Shown here one piece after another: positions 60,697-64,000 of a stretch of 64,000 bases of DNA (its first letter is position 1; every line of letters begins with the position of its first letter). The notes under the pieces are model-generated. The model was not told the origin of the DNA. It searched no databases and worked only from the letters and a program-made list of their open reading frames with translations. The position numbers and the translations under genes were made by a program. Origin of the DNA: an uncultured Verrucomicrobiae bacterium (GTDB taxonomy: Bacteria; Verrucomicrobiota; Verrucomicrobiia; Chthoniobacterales; JAFAMB01); NCBI GenBank assembly GCA_963837955.1, contig CAWIPH010000002.1:640001-704000 (forward strand). The letters are read 5' to 3'.

Positions 60697-60927
60697 ATGC
60701 GGAGTGCCGTCTCTCACACTATGGGCAATCTCTTACCGATCCTATTTTTGCTTGTCGTCATCGGCGTTTTCGCAATTGGGCGTCCCGGTTTGGCCAAATA
60801 CGCCCTACTATTAGCTGGGTCGCTATTCTTGAGCGGCTGCCTTTCGCTCAGACTGGGAGAAAACGAAAAGCGCAAGCAGCCGGAACTAGCGTACATTGAT
60901 GGAGAAGGGGTTGTCGTTCAGCGATGA
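60697..60927 (+). CDS. Small hypothetical membrane protein
   Basis: Two hydrophobic segments. Confidence 0.4.
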   Translation: MRSAVSHTMGNLLPILFLLVVIGVFAIGRPGLAKYALLLAGSLFLSGCLSLRLGENEKRKQPELAYIDGEGVVVQR

Positions 60928-60993
60928 ATTTACCTTGGCGGCTTCGATGCCGCTGATTTCTTTAACTGCAGATCGCAAGCCAGAGACGTCTCG

Positions 60994-61218
60994 CTACCAC
61001 GCGATACCTGTGCGGTAATTTTCGCTGCCCCAAGGGTGCGCGGCTTCTCTCCAAGGTTGGACTGCAACACCTGATTGCAGATTCTTGGCTATTGCGTCCC
61101 AGCGGCGTGCTTCCTGGGTGCGGTCATCGCAGCTAGTCAGGCTGAACAAAGCGAGGATGAGGCCGAGACAAGTGAAGCGAATCATGTGCAGATAAAGGTA
61201 GAATCCGGGCTGGACCAT
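60994..61218 (-). CDS. Small putative lipoprotein
   Basis: Hydrophobic stretch ending in LTSC lipobox; real start probably MIRFTC. Confidence 0.45.
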   Translation of the reverse strand: MVQPGFYLYLHMIRFTCLGLILALFSLTSCDDRTQEARRWDAIAKNLQSGVAVQPWREAAHPWGSENYRTGIAW

Positions 61219-61258
61219 TAGATCTAACGCGGCGTGGAGGTAGAGTTCAATGGAAACT

Positions 61259-62155
61259 TCAATGCGACAGCTCCACCCAGAACGATTTTAGATAATCGCT
61301 ACCGGGAAAATCTTCAGGCATTCTCGTGGCCGCGACAGCTGCAATGTTTGGCAATTTGGCCCGCAGCATCTTCGCGAATAGAGTGTGGGATATACCGCGT
61401 GCGTTGGTGCAGCAGAGGAGCTGCCCGTCGCTGGATACGACGGAAAGTGCCAAATCGAGCAGATCTCCGAAATCTGTGTCCATCCGGAAAATTCCTCCGT
61501 CGCGATCGCGCGAAAATGTCGGCGGGTCGAGGATTACCACATCAAAACGCCGTCCTCTTTTTGCGAATCGCTTGAGCCATTGGAACACGTCGCCGTAGAT
61601 GAACTCGTGCAACTCGCTGTCGAGGCCATTCAGCAGATAGTTAGCTCGACCCCATTCGAGGTAAGCTCGCGAGAGGTCGAGATTGGTGGTCCGCGCGCCA
61701 CCAGAAGCGGCTGCAACACCGAATGCGCACGTGTAAGCGTACGTGTTTAGCACCGTCTTGCCTGAGCTGATGGTCCTAAGACGCTCTCGATTGATCCGTT
61801 GATCGAGAAAGATTCCCTGTGAATACCCAGCTTGGAAATCGACCCAAAACGCCAGACCGTGTTCTTGAACTGAAAACCTGGTTGTGACTGGGTCACCGGC
61901 CAGAAAAACGGGCGCCTGTTTCCCTTCGTTCGTCAGTATCTTGCCATAAAGGGAGCGAAAACCGAGGGCCGCGCTCAGGTCCGGCATCTTCTCCTCCCGT
62001 TTCACGCCGACCAGCCAGTTTCCATTGAAATCGTCGATTACCAATCCGGGGAGTTCGTCGCCGTCACCATCTACGATCCGATAGGCGGTCGTCCCGGTCC
62101 GACGGAGGGCGGCCCTCTTCGCGATCGCGCGCTCGATTTTCTCGGTCGCATACAT
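61259..62155 (-). CDS. Class I SAM-dependent rRNA methyltransferase (RlmI/RlmK-like)
   Basis: GDELPGL.ID, GIFLDQR.NR, VLNTYAYT, FDVVILDPPTF. Confidence 0.85.
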   Translation of the reverse strand: MYATEKIERAIAKRAALRRTGTTAYRIVDGDGDELPGLVIDDFNGNWLVGVKREEKMPDLSAALGFRSLYGKILTNEGKQAPVFLAGDPVTTRFSVQEHGLAFWVDFQAGYSQGIFLDQRINRERLRTISSGKTVLNTYAYTCAFGVAAASGGARTTNLDLSRAYLEWGRANYLLNGLDSELHEFIYGDVFQWLKRFAKRGRRFDVVILDPPTFSRDRDGGIFRMDTDFGDLLDLALSVVSSDGQLLCCTNARGISHTLFAKMLRAKLPNIAAVAATRMPEDFPGSDYLKSFWVELSH

Positions 62156-62198
62156 CCTGATTTGCGTATCCTCGCAGGCGGGCATAAATGCAAAGAAT

Positions 62199-64000
62199 AT
62201 GAGCGACTTGCGAGAGACTTTAGAGCAAGCGGTCGAAGAAGGACATTTGTTAGCGACAAGTGCTGGAAACATTTCGCTATTGTTGGCGGCTGGGAAAGAC
62301 CCGGTTTACCGATTGGCAATTTCGCAATTGGTAGACGAAAAAGCCTGGGCAGAATTGAATGACCGCTTCTTCAAGACACTAGCCTTCGGGACCGGTGGTT
62401 TGCGCGGGCGATCGATCGGCAGCCGAATTACCAATGCCGAACGCGGATCCCACCCCGAGTCCGAGCCACCGGAACATCCTTGCGTCGGGACTAACGCGAT
62501 GAATTTTTATAACGTTAGTCGCGCGACTCAGGGACTCGTTGGTTATCTCAAGAACTACCTCTCCTCGATTCAATCGCATCGTCGTCCGAGCTTGGCGATC
62601 GCTCACGATACTAGAATCTTTTCCCGCCAGTTCGCAGAGCTAGCGGCGACGATCGCGACCGATCTGGGTTGTGACGTTTTTCTCTTCGAGTCTGCGCGGT
62701 CGACACCGGAGCTGTCGTTCGCGGTACGCCATACCAATGCCACTGCCGGAATCGTCATCACCGCCAGCCACAACCCGCCTCATGACAATGGTTACAAGGT
62801 CTATTTTGAGGATGGCGCTCAGGTGATCGAACCGCACGCTTCGGCTATCATCGAGCGGGTGAATGAGGTTGCGAGCGAAAGCTATGAATCGGTCGCTGCC
62901 GACGAAAAAGGTAAACTGGTCGCGCTCGGTTCAGATTTCGATGAAATCTACAAAACGAGACTCCGCGTGCTCGTCCTGCAACCGGCGGTGGTTGCGCAAG
63001 AGAAACAGCTCAAAGTGGTATTCTCGCCGATTCATGGCACCGGCGGTGTCATCTCTGTGCCGCTATTGCGCGAGTTCGGTTTTAACGTGATGACCGTGCC
63101 GGAACAGGACCGCCAGGACGGTCGGTTTCCCACCGTGAAATCGCCGAACCCGGAAAACGCCGAAGCTCTTTCCATGGCGATGGAACTTGCCCGAAAGGAG
63201 AATGCCGATCTGGTTGTCGGGACCGATCCGGATTGTGATCGAATGGGTGTGGCTGTGCGGAATCGGGCCGGAGAACTGGTCCTGCTGACCGGTAATCAAA
63301 TCGGATCATTGTTGACCTACTACCGCTCCCGAACGTTTAAACAGCTTGGAGTTTTAAACGACCAAAACAAGAATCGGGGCGTGATCATTAAGACGCTGGT
63401 TACCACCGACCTGCAAAAAGCGATTGCCCTGGGTGAGGGACTCCATTGCGTCGAGACGCTTACTGGATTCAAATACATTGGGGCCAAGCTCCGGAAGTAC
63501 GAGGAGGCTCTGCCGGAACCAATCCGAAGGTCGTATCGCTCATTGTCGGAGGATGAATCACGAAAAGCTCGGCTCGCGCATTCCTATTTCTTCGTGTTCG
63601 GCGGTGAGGAAAGCTATGGCTACAGCGGAGCCGATTTTGTCCGCGACAAAGATGCGAACGCCGCGACTATCATGTTCGCGGAGGTCGCTGCGTATGCCAA
63701 GTCCCAAGGTCTGACTTTGGACGAACTTCTCGATCAGATTTACCTTCAGTACGGCTACTATCTGGAACAAAGTGGCTCGCTGGTTTTTGAAGGCGCGGAG
63801 GGCGCGGAAAAAATTCGTCGATTGGCGGACTCTTATAACGGTTCGCCCCCGAAGGAACTCAACGGGGTAAACGTTTCCCAGGTCCAGGATTTCACCTCTG
63901 GCACCATTCGCGATAGCGAAGGCGATCTGTTGCCGAAAGAGAAAATGACGATGTTCCAGCTGGCGGACGGCTGCCGAATTGCGGTTCGTCCATCTGGCAC
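62199..64000 (+). CDS. Phosphoglucomutase/phosphomannomutase (partial, runs off the window)
   Basis: From ATG 62199: LAFGTGGLRG, ITASHNP, TDPDCDR, GGEESYG, VRDKDA, RPSG. Missing from the ORF track because there is no stop in the window. Confidence 0.93.
   Translation, partial: MSDLRETLEQAVEEGHLLATSAGNISLLLAAGKDPVYRLAISQLVDEKAWAELNDRFFKTLAFGTGGLRGRSIGSRITNAERGSHPESEPPEHPCVGTNAMNFYNVSRATQGLVGYLKNYLSSIQSHRRPSLAIAHDTRIFSRQFAELAATIATDLGCDVFLFESARSTPELSFAVRHTNATAGIVITASHNPPHDNGYKVYFEDGAQVIEPHASAIIERVNEVASESYESVAADEKGKLVALGSDFDEIYKTRLRVLVLQPAVVAQEKQLKVVFSPIHGTGGVISVPLLREFGFNVMTVPEQDRQDGRFPTVKSPNPENAEALSMAMELARKENADLVVGTDPDCDRMGVAVRNRAGELVLLTGNQIGSLLTYYRSRTFKQLGVLNDQNKNRGVIIKTLVTTDLQKAIALGEGLHCVETLTGFKYIGAKLRKYEEALPEPIRRSYRSLSEDESRKARLAHSYFFVFGGEESYGYSGADFVRDKDANAATIMFAEVAAYAKSQGLTLDELLDQIYLQYGYYLEQSGSLVFEGAEGAEKIRRLADSYNGSPPKELNGVNVSQVQDFTSGTIRDSEGDLLPKEKMTMFQLADGCRIAVRPSG

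Overview
A bacterial chromosomal segment, probably from the soil Verrucomicrobiota (Chthoniobacterales-like). That assignment is an impression from gene style and intergenic repeats, not a tested result. Housekeeping blocks flank a ~36 kb accessory region. The left block holds the aroC 3' end, a CvpA-like gene, a ribose-type sugar ABC transporter, gatB, an M1 aminopeptidase, rlmH, a fused AhbAB/NirDL-like gene, glnB, tRNA-Val and nusA-infB-rbfA-nrnA-truB-ribF. The right block holds folE2, thyA-folA, an RlmI-like methyltransferase and a partial phosphoglucomutase. The accessory region (~20.5-57 kb) encodes a candidate CoA-independent oxalate-to-formate-to-CO2 / acid-resistance system: a Tat-signal oxalate decarboxylase downstream of a GntR-SBF-RND-MFP gene run, a YjgC-type formate dehydrogenase with its DUF1641-like partner, an oxalate/formate-antiporter-family MFS, a YdeP-type molybdoenzyme and an AraC regulator. 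It also has a second RND system and a PAS-GAF/NarL two-component pair. The clearest structural oddity is a ~250 bp direct duplication that gave the antiporter gene the upstream region and first ~40 codons of the ydeP-like gene. Other signals are matched GntR-type operators, a 47-bp element shared by two promoters, a decayed RND fragment, a sigma54 promoter and structured leader before glnB, a GTAG-type REP doublet and a dispersed 9-bp-period repeat family. No CRISPR array, integrase or transposase was seen. All family calls come from motif recognition, not database searches.
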